IMG/VR virus record: IMGVR_UViG_3300021426_000003
Coordinates: 39,151-103,150 of that record
Length of the DNA: 64,000 nt
Direction: 5' to 3' (one strand)
Source: a virus
Part shown: piece after piece, positions 19,885 through 29,008 of the stretch
How the letters are laid out: each line of letters opens with the position of its first letter
Numbering within the stretch: position 1 is the first letter of the stretch
The notes under the pieces: generated by a model
Told to the model about the DNA's origin: nothing
The model's input: the letters and a program-made list of their open reading frames with translations, nothing else
Database searches by the model: none
Translations under genes and position numbers: made by a program

Positions 19885-19925
19885 TTTAAAATAATGGGGT
19901 TAAAAAATTTGACCTTTTTAACCCC
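19885..19925 (-). terminator. intrinsic terminator (minus strand)
   Basis: 11-bp stem GGGGTTAAAAA/TTTTTAACCCC with an 8-nt loop, followed on the minus strand by AUUAUUUUAAA. Confidence 0.55.
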
Positions 19926-19980
19926 AATAGTAATCATTTTAAATCCCTCAATGAGGAATAATACACCTTTAGGTGTAGAG

Positions 19981-20056
19981 CGATTTAGGAGGGATTTGAA
20001 CCCTCGCTCCCCAGCGTGACAGGCTGGTGCTTTAAACCGAACTAAGCTACTAAACC
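19981..20056 (-). tRNA. tRNA-Asp (anticodon GUC)
   Basis: The reverse complement GGTTTAGTAGCTTAGTTCGGTTTAAAGCACCAGCCTGTCACGCTGGGGAGCGAGGGTTCAAATCCCTCCTAAATCG folds as a cloverleaf with anticodon loop CTGTCAC and discriminator G. Confidence 0.7.
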
Positions 20057-20097
20057 ATAAAAAATGGGGAGATAGATATTCTATCTCCCCATATAAT

Positions 20098-20511
20098 TTA
20101 CTGACGTTTAAGCTCATCAATACAATGTTGTATTGTCGCTTTATCCTTAGATGTCGCATCTTGTAACATCATCTCAAGTTTATTAATCATTTGGTCTGTA
20201 GCTGTATGTCTACTGTAACCATTATCATAACCATAACTATTATTACGACCACCACGATTATTATAAGAATTATAATCATTATCATAATAACCATAAGACG
20301 GATTCATACGATAATTACTATAACCACCTCTATAAGAACCTTCTTCGTCATAACCCATACGTTCTTCTTTTTCACAAATATCCATAATATCTTTAATAAT
20401 ATCTACAACAGTATCTGCGATTTCAAGAGTAGTAGGATTAAGTTCTCCTTGAGCATTAATTTTTCTCACTTCATCACAAAGCATATTTTTTAAATTATCT
20501 AATTCTTTCAT
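20098..20511 (-). CDS. low-complexity Tyr/Gly/Asn-rich protein
   Basis: 137 aa with a central RGGYSNYRMNPSYGYYDNDYNSYNNRGGRNNSYGYDNGY tract between structured termini. Confidence 0.45.
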   Translation of the reverse strand: MKELDNLKNMLCDEVRKINAQGELNPTTLEIADTVVDIIKDIMDICEKEERMGYDEEGSYRGGYSNYRMNPSYGYYDNDYNSYNNRGGRNNSYGYDNGYSRHTATDQMINKLEMMLQDATSKDKATIQHCIDELKRQ

Positions 20512-20528
20512 ATCTACTACCTCCTTCC

Positions 20529-20960
20529 TTAAGCAGTTCTATCTACTGTCAGATTAGAATTCTGAACATTAATAGGAACACCGCTTGTATTTTCTACAGA
20601 GATAGTAAGACAGCAGCCAGCAGGAACTGTAATATTCGCAACACTGGTCACATTAAAATACGCCCCTAATGCAGTGGGAGTCACACGAGCACGACTTGTT
20701 TGAATAGCTTCTCCATCAATTGCAAGAGCGAGACTTATTTCTCCAGCCGCTCCAGAATCAGGAATAGCTATATTGCCATTAAATTCAACTTTATATCTTG
20801 CAAATTTGGCACAAGGGTTGTTAACGATACCTCTAAGAGTAAGGATTCCAGAACCATTCCTATGAATCACATAACCACGAGTACAAGGAATAGAATCTTC
20901 AAGTAATACATTTTGACCAGCTTCCACAAGCTGAATCGGATTGTATACATACTCAGCCAT
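20529..20960 (-). CDS. hypothetical beta-rich protein (fibre or C1q/TNF-like C-terminal domain possible)
   Basis: 143 aa, Gly/Asn/Val/Thr-rich with no charge clusters; strong AGGAGG RBS. Confidence 0.4.
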   Translation of the reverse strand: MAEYVYNPIQLVEAGQNVLLEDSIPCTRGYVIHRNGSGILTLRGIVNNPCAKFARYKVEFNGNIAIPDSGAAGEISLALAIDGEAIQTSRARVTPTALGAYFNVTSVANITVPAGCCLTISVENTSGVPINVQNSNLTVDRTA

Positions 20961-20974
20961 GATATCACCCCCAA

Positions 20975-21751
20975 TTATGCATTACATCCACAACCGCAGC
21001 CATAATTTGGCTGACAGCAATTAGGATTCTGGACGATCCATGCGGGTCTAGGCGTGGGCATGAGATATTGTTCTAATATATTTGTCTGGGCTGCATTATC
21101 AGCAAGAATCTGTGCTGTCTGTGCATTCTGAGACGCAAGTCTATCAGATGTGTTGATAGTAGAACGAAGAGCATCAATCTCATTCTGCATACCAGCAATA
21201 CGATTTTCATAATTCTGCTTAATACCATCCATTTCAAGCTGGCAAAGCTTATCCATAACAGCCTGTACTTTTGCATCTGTGTTAGCACGAGTGGCAGCTG
21301 CTTCAGCAGAAATCAGCTGTTTTGTTTCAGCTACTGCAAGCCTGTTATCACAACAACAATTTTGGAATGCCATTCCTACATCATTAAAGCTCTGCATTGT
21401 AGCCGCTTGATTGTTTGCCATTGTTTGAAGCAAATTTGTCTGAGCATTACAACGAGAAATTTCTGCATTTGCAAAACCATTAGAAACTGTACCGTTAAGA
21501 CCAGTAATACCATTCATAATTGCGGATTGGTCAAATCCTCTTTGAACATCATTGTTGATAACATATGGCATTGCACCACCGCCATTATTACCAAATCCAT
21601 TACCACCCCAATTACCCATCAGAGCGAATAAGAAAAGAACGATAATCCAAAAAGAACCATCACCCCAATTACCAAAACCGTTACCATTACCAGTCACCGC
21701 AGCAACATCTGCTGCACTAAGTCCACCATTGTTACCATCAGTTAATCCCAT
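20975..21751 (-). CDS. Gly/Asn-rich membrane-anchored coiled-coil protein with a C-terminal Cys cluster
   Basis: GNGNGFGNWGDG repeats; hydrophobic segment SFWIIVLFLFALMG; Q/A-rich coiled coil; C-terminus CCQPNYGCGCGCNA. Confidence 0.45.
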   Translation of the reverse strand: MGLTDGNNGGLSAADVAAVTGNGNGFGNWGDGSFWIIVLFLFALMGNWGGNGFGNNGGGAMPYVINNDVQRGFDQSAIMNGITGLNGTVSNGFANAEISRCNAQTNLLQTMANNQAATMQSFNDVGMAFQNCCCDNRLAVAETKQLISAEAAATRANTDAKVQAVMDKLCQLEMDGIKQNYENRIAGMQNEIDALRSTINTSDRLASQNAQTAQILADNAAQTNILEQYLMPTPRPAWIVQNPNCCQPNYGCGCGCNA

Positions 21752-21832
21752 AATTAATTACCTTCCTTTAATAACTAAATATAATATCAACGAGTTACTA
21801 TACATAAACTTTGCAAAGTGTTAGTACCGTTT

Positions 21833-22060
21833 TTATCTAAATAAACCACGCATTGATTGAGCCATTGATATAATCTGATTTAATTGCTGATTATTCATTG
21901 CTCCATTATTAACCATGTTTTGAAATCCAGCTTGAGGATTTTGAAGCATCTCTTGCGGATTATTAACATTTCTTGAAGCTAACCATTGCATTGGATTATT
22001 TTTAAATTTATTATATTCAGACATGATATACTGCATGTTCATGAACGGATTATTATTCAA
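21833..22060 (-). CDS. Asn/Gln/Met-rich small protein
   Basis: 75 aa, prion-like N/Q/M composition; overlaps the upstream gene by 4 nt. Confidence 0.35.
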   Translation of the reverse strand: MNNNPFMNMQYIMSEYNKFKNNPMQWLASRNVNNPQEMLQNPQAGFQNMVNNGAMNNQQLNQIISMAQSMRGLFR

Positions 22061-22521
22061 TGTTTTTCCTCCTCTCCAAATCGTCTATCAAATTCATCTG
22101 AAACAATTTTTCTTATATCTTCTAAAGAAAAGACAGGTTGAGTTACATCTATCTCTTCTACGAATACATATTTTCTTTTCTTATTAGGGGAAGACCCATC
22201 TAATAAAATAAATTCTTTCTCATTTTGATTATTTGGTTGAGTAGGATTTTGAGAAAAATTCTGTGTTGGCATATTATAATTACCATTCCAAAAGTTTTGA
22301 TTATTATTTTGTGGTATAAATTGAGGAGGAGAAGAGTGAATCATATTATTATTTGATTGTGAAATCATATTCTTTCCTCCATTCATATAACTATTATCAA
22401 TTGGAGTATTTTGTGGAACTCCTTGATAATTAGGATTAACATTATTAATCCCAACATTATTGTTATATGAATTATTTTGATTTAAATGTGTTTGATTTAT
22501 ATTATTTGAAGTCATATCCAT
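22057..22521 (-). CDS. Asn/Gln-rich protein
   Basis: 154 aa; about 40% N+Q in the first 100 residues; structured C-terminus. Confidence 0.45.
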   Translation of the reverse strand: MDMTSNNINQTHLNQNNSYNNNVGINNVNPNYQGVPQNTPIDNSYMNGGKNMISQSNNNMIHSSPPQFIPQNNNQNFWNGNYNMPTQNFSQNPTQPNNQNEKEFILLDGSSPNKKRKYVFVEEIDVTQPVFSLEDIRKIVSDEFDRRFGEEEKH

Positions 22522-22916
22522 TATTTATTAATTTCCTTTCTCCAATAATAAAGTGGGAAATCATTACCTGAATCCCACGTATCAAAATAATTACCATCTT
22601 CAATTGCAACCACATGCTGGTCAGTAGCCAGCAAATATATACCTTTTGGATTATCTATACAGAATTGTTTTACAGTATATCTTTTAGGATAAGTATCAGG
22701 AATAATATATCTTCTAAAACCTTTAGTAAATAAATAACCTCCCCAAACACTGTTTGAAGAGGGCATATCATGCATCATAAAACCTTGAACACATACTTCC
22801 ATATATGTTCTTTCCCAGTCTTGGTCGGTAACTTTAGATATTGCTCTAACAACACAATCACCGACTAATTTATTTTCAGGATTAGAATTATATTCTACAT
22901 ACATATTATTCTCCAT
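22521..22916 (-). CDS. hypothetical protein with a Cys...His dyad (possible papain/CHAP-like hydrolase)
   Basis: LVGDCVVRAIS ... ATDQHVVAIEDGNYFDTWDSG arrangement; 131 aa. Confidence 0.35.
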   Translation of the reverse strand: MENNMYVEYNSNPENKLVGDCVVRAISKVTDQDWERTYMEVCVQGFMMHDMPSSNSVWGGYLFTKGFRRYIIPDTYPKRYTVKQFCIDNPKGIYLLATDQHVVAIEDGNYFDTWDSGNDFPLYYWRKEINK

Positions 22917-23028
22917 TCTTTTTATAATTAAAAAAGGATAGAGCTAATTAAAAATAAATATAAGAAATCCCCATCACGTAATTAAACATGACAGGGATAA
23001 CTCGCTATTTTATATATTTAATTTTATA

Positions 23029-23313
23029 TTACTTGATATTAGCAAGGAGGTCTTTAACAGCCTTACCAAAACGAACAGAAGCTTTCTTCTTTGCAGGAAT
23101 ATTAATTACTTCACCAGTCATAGGGTTTCTACCAGTTCGTGGAGCAGTATCCTTTACAGAAAAAATAACACCGTCAAAAAGCTTTACGTCATCCTGAGTC
23201 TCAAGAGCTTCATAAAAAACTTCCTGAACAATATCAAAAATTCTCATAGCTTCCTTGTGAGTAATATCAGCTCTACCAGCAATTTCTTTTGTCAGTTCTT
23301 TCTTTGTAATCAT
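23029..23313 (-). CDS. hup: HU/IHF-family DNA-binding protein
   Basis: 94 aa; MITKKELTKEIA...GRNPMTGEVINIPAKKKASVRFGKAVKDL matches the HU fold signature (arm with GRNP-TGE and R-PxF-like tail). Confidence 0.85.
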   Translation of the reverse strand: MITKKELTKEIAGRADITHKEAMRIFDIVQEVFYEALETQDDVKLFDGVIFSVKDTAPRTGRNPMTGEVINIPAKKKASVRFGKAVKDLLANIK

Positions 23314-23319
23314 AATCTT

Positions 23320-23531
23320 TTTTCTCCTTTAATCTTTTTAATCCTATAATCATTTATATATTTATATATAAATAATTATTATATTTATAACTCTATATAT
23401 TATTATATATTATATTAATAATTATATATTATATATAATAATTATATTCCAATACTTAGAAAATATATTTATTATAAAAAAACCTAATAAAATAAGGATA
23501 TTTTAATAATATAATTTATTTATTGATTTTA
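23320..23531. promoter_or_regulatory. AT-rich repetitive intergenic region (ATTATATATTATAT-type repeats); promoter or origin-like
   Basis: More than 200 bp of nearly pure A/T with short direct repeats, between the 893-aa gene and the HU gene. Confidence 0.4.
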
Positions 23532-26213
23532 TTAAATATTATTTACTTCTTTGTTTTTGATATTTTTTGAGAAACATTCTAAAAACTGCTTTGAATTTAA
23601 TTCATATAAAGTCTTTAATAATAATGGTCTATTTTTATTTAAGTTTGTTTTTATTGGTCTACCTTTATGTTTTACTTTAGAAGATGTATTAAAAGCCCTA
23701 TTGATTAAATAAGACATTAATCCTAAATACTTTTTAGTAAAAGTTATTTGTTTTATATCTTCAATTAATTGGTCAAAATCAGAATTGAGTAATAAATAAT
23801 CTTCTTCATTTTCAGTGTCATCAATTTCATTATTTTTATTATAATTAAAAATCCTCAATGAATATTTATTTATTAGTTCTTCAACTTTTCTACTCTTAGT
23901 TTTACTAATATCTAATTCATAAGTATTTAAAAATTTATCTATAGAATAAGTAGAAGAATTAGTACTTATTCTTGGATTAATATTCATATTATACAAAGAA
24001 TTCATTGGACATTTTATTTCTGAATTATACATTGAATTTCTTCTTTCAATCTGTTTATCAGTTAATTCAGATAACTTAACACCATTACGTTTATCATTTT
24101 TCTTTTTAATTGCTTTCCAGAAAATAGGATACCCATTCGTATTAATATTCATATCACGTTGAATTCTGTCTATTTCTTCTGAAATATTTATATTATATGT
24201 ACGTTTACTATTGTCAATTGCAGCCTGAGCTATAACTGATAATATACATACATAATCTGTAAATTTTTTGTCTAAATAAGAATAAGAATATGATAATGCC
24301 AATTGCGCTAAATTTGAAGAACCACCTATATCCCCCTGACTAGCAGCCAATTTATTATCTATTTTAGCAAAATCTTCTAATGAATTTGTATAAATATTTT
24401 TTTCTTTAGGAATATTATTTACAATCGTGGGATAATTTTGAATACAATATTTAGCATGAACTACGATATCTGATTGATTTGTTGTATATATTGAATCGCT
24501 ATCCTGATCACTACCATTGTTTCTATCTTGAAAATCTGTACCAATCATATTAATAGCTATACAATTTTTTCCAATATTAAAATATTTTTCCAATCTCCAA
24601 TCATAATGATTATGTAAATATCCTAAATTATTACGACTATTAAAAGGATTTCTAAATTCTGCAAGATATTCATTATCTTCAAATCTTTCCGTATAACATT
24701 GTATACATCCGTCTTCGTGTTCAAATGTTGGGTCAGATTCTGGGTCTTCTCCAACAGTATATAATAACATCGCAAAAGGAGAACCGACTATTGTAAGATT
24801 ATCTCCATTATTAATTATTCTCCCCATTTTAGCATTGGCTATATAGCTTTGAATTATTCTATCTCGTCTATCTTTAAAATAAGAGCATTGTTCAAATTCA
24901 GAATCCTGTTTAATTAATGCAATCAATACTTCAAAATCATTTGAAAAATTTGCATTTCTTTTTAAATAGTCTAAAAAAACATTTATATTGTTTTTTAATT
25001 GATAAATATAATCCTTGGTACATTGAACCGCACCTTCGATAGTGTTTATATCTAAAGCATTCACCATCTGATAAGACTGATATTGAACATTGCCAAGCTT
25101 ACTTGGATGAGCAGTTTTAACAATTCCAAACCAATTATCGTTATCCTGTTTAACTCGCTTGCACCAATACTCATAAGTAATACCATTAAATTTTATCCAC
25201 TTAATAGCGTTATCTGTAGTTACCATTTTAATATCAGTAACTTTATGTTCATTACCCCACATGTCTTTAATCACTGCATTTTCATATTCATCTCCATAAT
25301 AATCTTTAAACCATTGTTGAAGATAACAATCAAAAGCAGCCGCTTTAAACATATGTTGTCTCAAAAGAATATAACCATTTCCCCATGTTGGAAATAAACT
25401 ATGGTCAATTAATGCTTGTCCATCAAATAAAACATTGCCCAATTTATAATTCTCTTTTTTAACAGCTTGACAATGACCTTTATCATCAAGTTCTATACTA
25501 ATTGCGCTTCCTAAAAAAGATGATTCAACATCTTTTAATATTAATATATCCTTTGGGTCAATCTTAACTTTCCCGACAATAGAAGAAGCAACCAATGAAG
25601 AATAAGCTCCGATTTCAACAATGGGAGCATTTTCTTTTGGGAGCTGAATTCCCATATATAAATAATCCCTTGCAATATCATAAAGTTCCTCACGAATAAA
25701 CATACATGAGCCAGTTTTGGCTTTACCAGTAGAGCGGAAGAGCATTTTATAATGTATCTTTTCTGTATCAGTTATTTTGCCTTTTTTACTATATACATTA
25801 TAAAAAATATCTACTCCCTGAGTATAATAAAGAATTCTAAGCTGGTCTTTTGTATATCTTACAAATTTATCTTTATTATCTTCGGCTTTAGATTTTAAAG
25901 AATTTAAAAAATCAATCTTTTGTTGTTTTTGCTCTTCAGATATTTTTTTATCTTTTTCATATGATTTAATTCGTTTATTTAAATGAGCAATTTCTTCTTC
26001 ATAAGTACGGCTACCATATTTAAAAGTAATACAAATTATATCTCTAGTTGATTCACCCTTATAAACATCCAATCCATGCGCTACCATATAATCTTTAAAA
26101 AGGCTGTTAATCAACATAGCTTCAGTAATATCATATCTATCACGCACTCCTATATTTTTTTCCATAATTGAGCCAGCTGCAAAATTATTAATGCGTAATC
26201 CAAACTCTGACAT
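23532..26213 (-). CDS. large hypothetical protein (893 aa)
   Basis: Uninterrupted ORF with a strong RBS; no Walker A or polymerase motifs recognised; last gene of the desulfurase/radical-SAM transcription unit. Confidence 0.55.
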   Translation of the reverse strand: MSEFGLRINNFAAGSIMEKNIGVRDRYDITEAMLINSLFKDYMVAHGLDVYKGESTRDIICITFKYGSRTYEEEIAHLNKRIKSYEKDKKISEEQKQQKIDFLNSLKSKAEDNKDKFVRYTKDQLRILYYTQGVDIFYNVYSKKGKITDTEKIHYKMLFRSTGKAKTGSCMFIREELYDIARDYLYMGIQLPKENAPIVEIGAYSSLVASSIVGKVKIDPKDILILKDVESSFLGSAISIELDDKGHCQAVKKENYKLGNVLFDGQALIDHSLFPTWGNGYILLRQHMFKAAAFDCYLQQWFKDYYGDEYENAVIKDMWGNEHKVTDIKMVTTDNAIKWIKFNGITYEYWCKRVKQDNDNWFGIVKTAHPSKLGNVQYQSYQMVNALDINTIEGAVQCTKDYIYQLKNNINVFLDYLKRNANFSNDFEVLIALIKQDSEFEQCSYFKDRRDRIIQSYIANAKMGRIINNGDNLTIVGSPFAMLLYTVGEDPESDPTFEHEDGCIQCYTERFEDNEYLAEFRNPFNSRNNLGYLHNHYDWRLEKYFNIGKNCIAINMIGTDFQDRNNGSDQDSDSIYTTNQSDIVVHAKYCIQNYPTIVNNIPKEKNIYTNSLEDFAKIDNKLAASQGDIGGSSNLAQLALSYSYSYLDKKFTDYVCILSVIAQAAIDNSKRTYNINISEEIDRIQRDMNINTNGYPIFWKAIKKKNDKRNGVKLSELTDKQIERRNSMYNSEIKCPMNSLYNMNINPRISTNSSTYSIDKFLNTYELDISKTKSRKVEELINKYSLRIFNYNKNNEIDDTENEEDYLLLNSDFDQLIEDIKQITFTKKYLGLMSYLINRAFNTSSKVKHKGRPIKTNLNKNRPLLLKTLYELNSKQFLECFSKNIKNKEVNNI

Positions 26214-26226
26214 AAATCACCATCCT

Positions 26227-27387
26227 TTATTTTTTATCATCCATATGAAGCTCCTTCAAAATCTTAACATTCTTAACTAATGACTCAATTAAATTTTCAA
26301 CATCTTTTTCTGTAGTATATTCATCAAAACTTATTCTAATAGTAGAACGAGCTTCATCATCTGTAAGACCAATTGCCTTTAAAACTCTGCTAGGAACATT
26401 TTCTCCAGAGGAACAAGCGCTTCCAGCAGATACAATAACCCCATCCAAATCCATAAGAGTAATTAATTCTTGAGCAGGAATATTCGGAATCGTCAAACTA
26501 ATAATATGTGGAGAACAATATTCACCATTTTGCTTAATCCCCTCAATTATTTTATTACCATCAATAAGACCAAGTTTTTTCTTAATCGACCAACTCGTAT
26601 CAGCAATATTTTTTAATCTAAGAGCTTTTGTTTTTTTAATTTCTTCAAGACGATTTCCCATTGCAGTAATTAAATAACTTGGTTCAGTTCCTGCACGAAG
26701 ATTATTCTCTTGATGTCCACCTGTTAATAATGGCTGTAATTTAATTCCTTCTTTTACATATAAAAATCCACAGCCTCTAACACCACCAAATTTATGAAAA
26801 CTGGCAGATAACATATCAATACCCATACCTTGAACATCTATATCCCTATATTCAATAGCTTGTGTAGCATCCACTAATAGACGTCCTCTATACTGATGAA
26901 CCAATTTTGAAATCTCATAAATATTTTCAGTAGAACCAATTTCATTATTAACATATGAAACACACATAAGTTTTGGGTTAGTAAAAGTATAATTTGTTTC
27001 AATATACTTTAATACTGCTTCAAACTTATCTAAATTAATTTGCCCTCCAGAAGATACGGGTACATAATAATTTCCAACGCAATAAGACCAACCCATAGTT
27101 TTATAAATAGAAGGGTGGTCAATAGCAGAACACATTACAATATCCCAATTACTTCTCATAACAAGATTATTACTTTCGGTTGCACCCGATGTAAAAATAA
27201 TTTCTTCGGGCTTACAATTAATATAATCAGCAACTTGTCTTCTTGCATGTTCAATTTGCAATTTTACTTTTCTGGATTCTTCAGAAGTGGAAGAGGGATT
27301 ATACCAGTAATCCCTCATACCTGTTTCTATATCTTTAATAACTTGTTTTGTCGGCTTAGTAGTAGCCGCACAATCAAAATATGCCAT
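26227..27387 (-). CDS. cysteine desulfurase (class V aminotransferase, IscS/NifS-like)
   Basis: PLP-lysine context SASFHKFGG and active-site loop VSAGSACSSGENVPSRVLKAIG (compare IscS [21 protein letters not shown]). Confidence 0.85.
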   Translation of the reverse strand: MAYFDCAATTKPTKQVIKDIETGMRDYWYNPSSTSEESRKVKLQIEHARRQVADYINCKPEEIIFTSGATESNNLVMRSNWDIVMCSAIDHPSIYKTMGWSYCVGNYYVPVSSGGQINLDKFEAVLKYIETNYTFTNPKLMCVSYVNNEIGSTENIYEISKLVHQYRGRLLVDATQAIEYRDIDVQGMGIDMLSASFHKFGGVRGCGFLYVKEGIKLQPLLTGGHQENNLRAGTEPSYLITAMGNRLEEIKKTKALRLKNIADTSWSIKKKLGLIDGNKIIEGIKQNGEYCSPHIISLTIPNIPAQELITLMDLDGVIVSAGSACSSGENVPSRVLKAIGLTDDEARSTIRISFDEYTTEKDVENLIESLVKNVKILKELHMDDKK

Positions 27388-27399
27388 AATTAATTCTCC

Positions 27400-27597
27400 T
27401 TAGTATAAAGGATTATAATCGTTTATATTTAAAATTTCACTATCGTAAATATAATCCTGTATTGCAATTTCTACTCGCTGATGCAAATCTTCAGAAATAT
27501 CCTCTAAATCAACGCATGATTTTGGTTTAACAGCTTCACACAAATCCATAACTAATATTTCAAAATTTAAACCATCACTAAATGAAATCTTACTCAA
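27400..27597 (-). CDS. hypothetical small acidic protein
   Basis: 65 aa, translationally coupled between the radical-SAM and desulfurase genes. Confidence 0.35.
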   Translation of the reverse strand: MSKISFSDGLNFEILVMDLCEAVKPKSCVDLEDISEDLHQRVEIAIQDYIYDSEILNINDYNPLY

Positions 27598-28499
27598 TCT
27601 TTTTCCACTTCCTCTCTAATAATTTCAAACATCTCGTCAATAGTCTTGTCCCCAATAGGATATGTAATAGGGGACAAACTACTTCTTGCAAATACACCCT
27701 TAACTAAATCAATAAAAAAAGTTACAGTCCCATCGTCACCACCATAAAACATATTCCATTCTTTATCGCTAAGTCTGTCTTTGATATGTAACTGCTCAAT
27801 GGCAAGATTATCAAAACTCACAATCTTAAACCCATTGATAACCTCATCAAGTCCACCTTCAAGATATTTCATCTGAGTAATGATAGGTATAAACATACCA
27901 TCATAATATTTTTTACCCCTACCAGTTTTCTTATATCCAAGAATTAGGATTTTTAAACCATGCCCCATAAGATACTGAATATCTTCCCAAGGTGTAATTC
28001 CAGCAATAACATGAATTATAGCGTTTGGATATTCTTTTACTTTTTCAATAAACCCTTCCTGCCTTGGATCTGTAAGAGAAATACCAATCCCTTTAATATA
28101 TCCCTGCCTAATCCACACATTCATCTGTTTTCTTACATCATCGTCCATAAAATGATTCTGATTAATAGTCACATTGCAGATGATATGATGATGATTCATA
28201 AGGTATAAGAACGTGCTAAAATCGGGATGAACAGGCTTCTGAAGATTAATTGCAATTTCCGTGTAAGGACGCATTGAGCCAAAGAAACGCCAACCTAAAA
28301 TCTGACCATGTCTACCAGTGGGAGAACATCCGTAATAACACCACTCACATCCATTATCGCAACACTGTGAAACTTGCACATCCATAGATTCTGGGAAGTC
28401 AAACTTGAACTCATCATCCATTGTGAAGTGTTCTTTTGTACCATCTTCATAAATAGTTGTGTATGTATTACCATTCTTATATGTAGCTATTCTTTTCAT
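27594..28499 (-). CDS. radical SAM protein (QueE-like CX3CX2C cluster)
   Basis: VSQCCDNGCEWCYYG contains C-x3-C-x2-C with an aromatic residue before the third Cys, as in B. subtilis-type QueE CDYSCSWCD; 301 aa. Confidence 0.6.
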   Translation of the reverse strand: MKRIATYKNGNTYTTIYEDGTKEHFTMDDEFKFDFPESMDVQVSQCCDNGCEWCYYGCSPTGRHGQILGWRFFGSMRPYTEIAINLQKPVHPDFSTFLYLMNHHHIICNVTINQNHFMDDDVRKQMNVWIRQGYIKGIGISLTDPRQEGFIEKVKEYPNAIIHVIAGITPWEDIQYLMGHGLKILILGYKKTGRGKKYYDGMFIPIITQMKYLEGGLDEVINGFKIVSFDNLAIEQLHIKDRLSDKEWNMFYGGDDGTVTFFIDLVKGVFARSSLSPITYPIGDKTIDEMFEIIREEVEKD

Positions 28500-28508
28500 T
28501 ATTACCTC

Positions 28509-28997
28509 TCAATCACAATCTGTATGCAACCATAAATAAGGGTTAAAAATAAAATTGATTAATTGTTCTGTATCATATAAATTAATAATACAGTTTTCAG
28601 TATCATATTTACCATAAGGTATTGATTGATGGTCTAAATAATCACCAGCCATTTCATCCCCATCAAACATGGTTTTATCAATCCATATTCCTTTACAACC
28701 ATTCCCTACATAATTCACAAAAGATGTATTAAATCTTTTCCATGAAGACCCTTTAAATAAATCTTCAAGATTACAACCATAATAGATATACATCCAAGTA
28801 ACTATATAGGTCAGTTTTTCACGCTGACCTTTATAGTCCTTTTCATCTTTTCCATAATATTTTGTAAGGCTAACATGGACATATCCGTCATCTGCAATTT
28901 TCAATTTAGATTTATGCATATGTTTTTGAGATATCTGAAGAGTATGAATACTAGAACTGTTTGTTTCAAATGTCTCAAATCTAATTTGTCTCTTCAT
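28509..28997 (-). CDS. ETNSSS-family paralog A (hypothetical)
   Basis: N-terminus MKRQIRFETFETNSSSIHTL shared with two upstream paralogs. Confidence 0.5.
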   Translation of the reverse strand: MKRQIRFETFETNSSSIHTLQISQKHMHKSKLKIADDGYVHVSLTKYYGKDEKDYKGQREKLTYIVTWMYIYYGCNLEDLFKGSSWKRFNTSFVNYVGNGCKGIWIDKTMFDGDEMAGDYLDHQSIPYGKYDTENCIINLYDTEQLINFIFNPYLWLHTDCD

Positions 28998-29008
28998 AAT
29001 TTCTCCAA

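Noticed and set aside
23320-23531. Possible CRISPR array or tandem-repeat locus in AT-rich tracts (also 55000-55130)
   Set aside because: The repeats are short, irregular, A/T-only units without constant-length spacers or a conserved repeat. There are no cas genes. They are AT-rich promoter or origin-type DNA.
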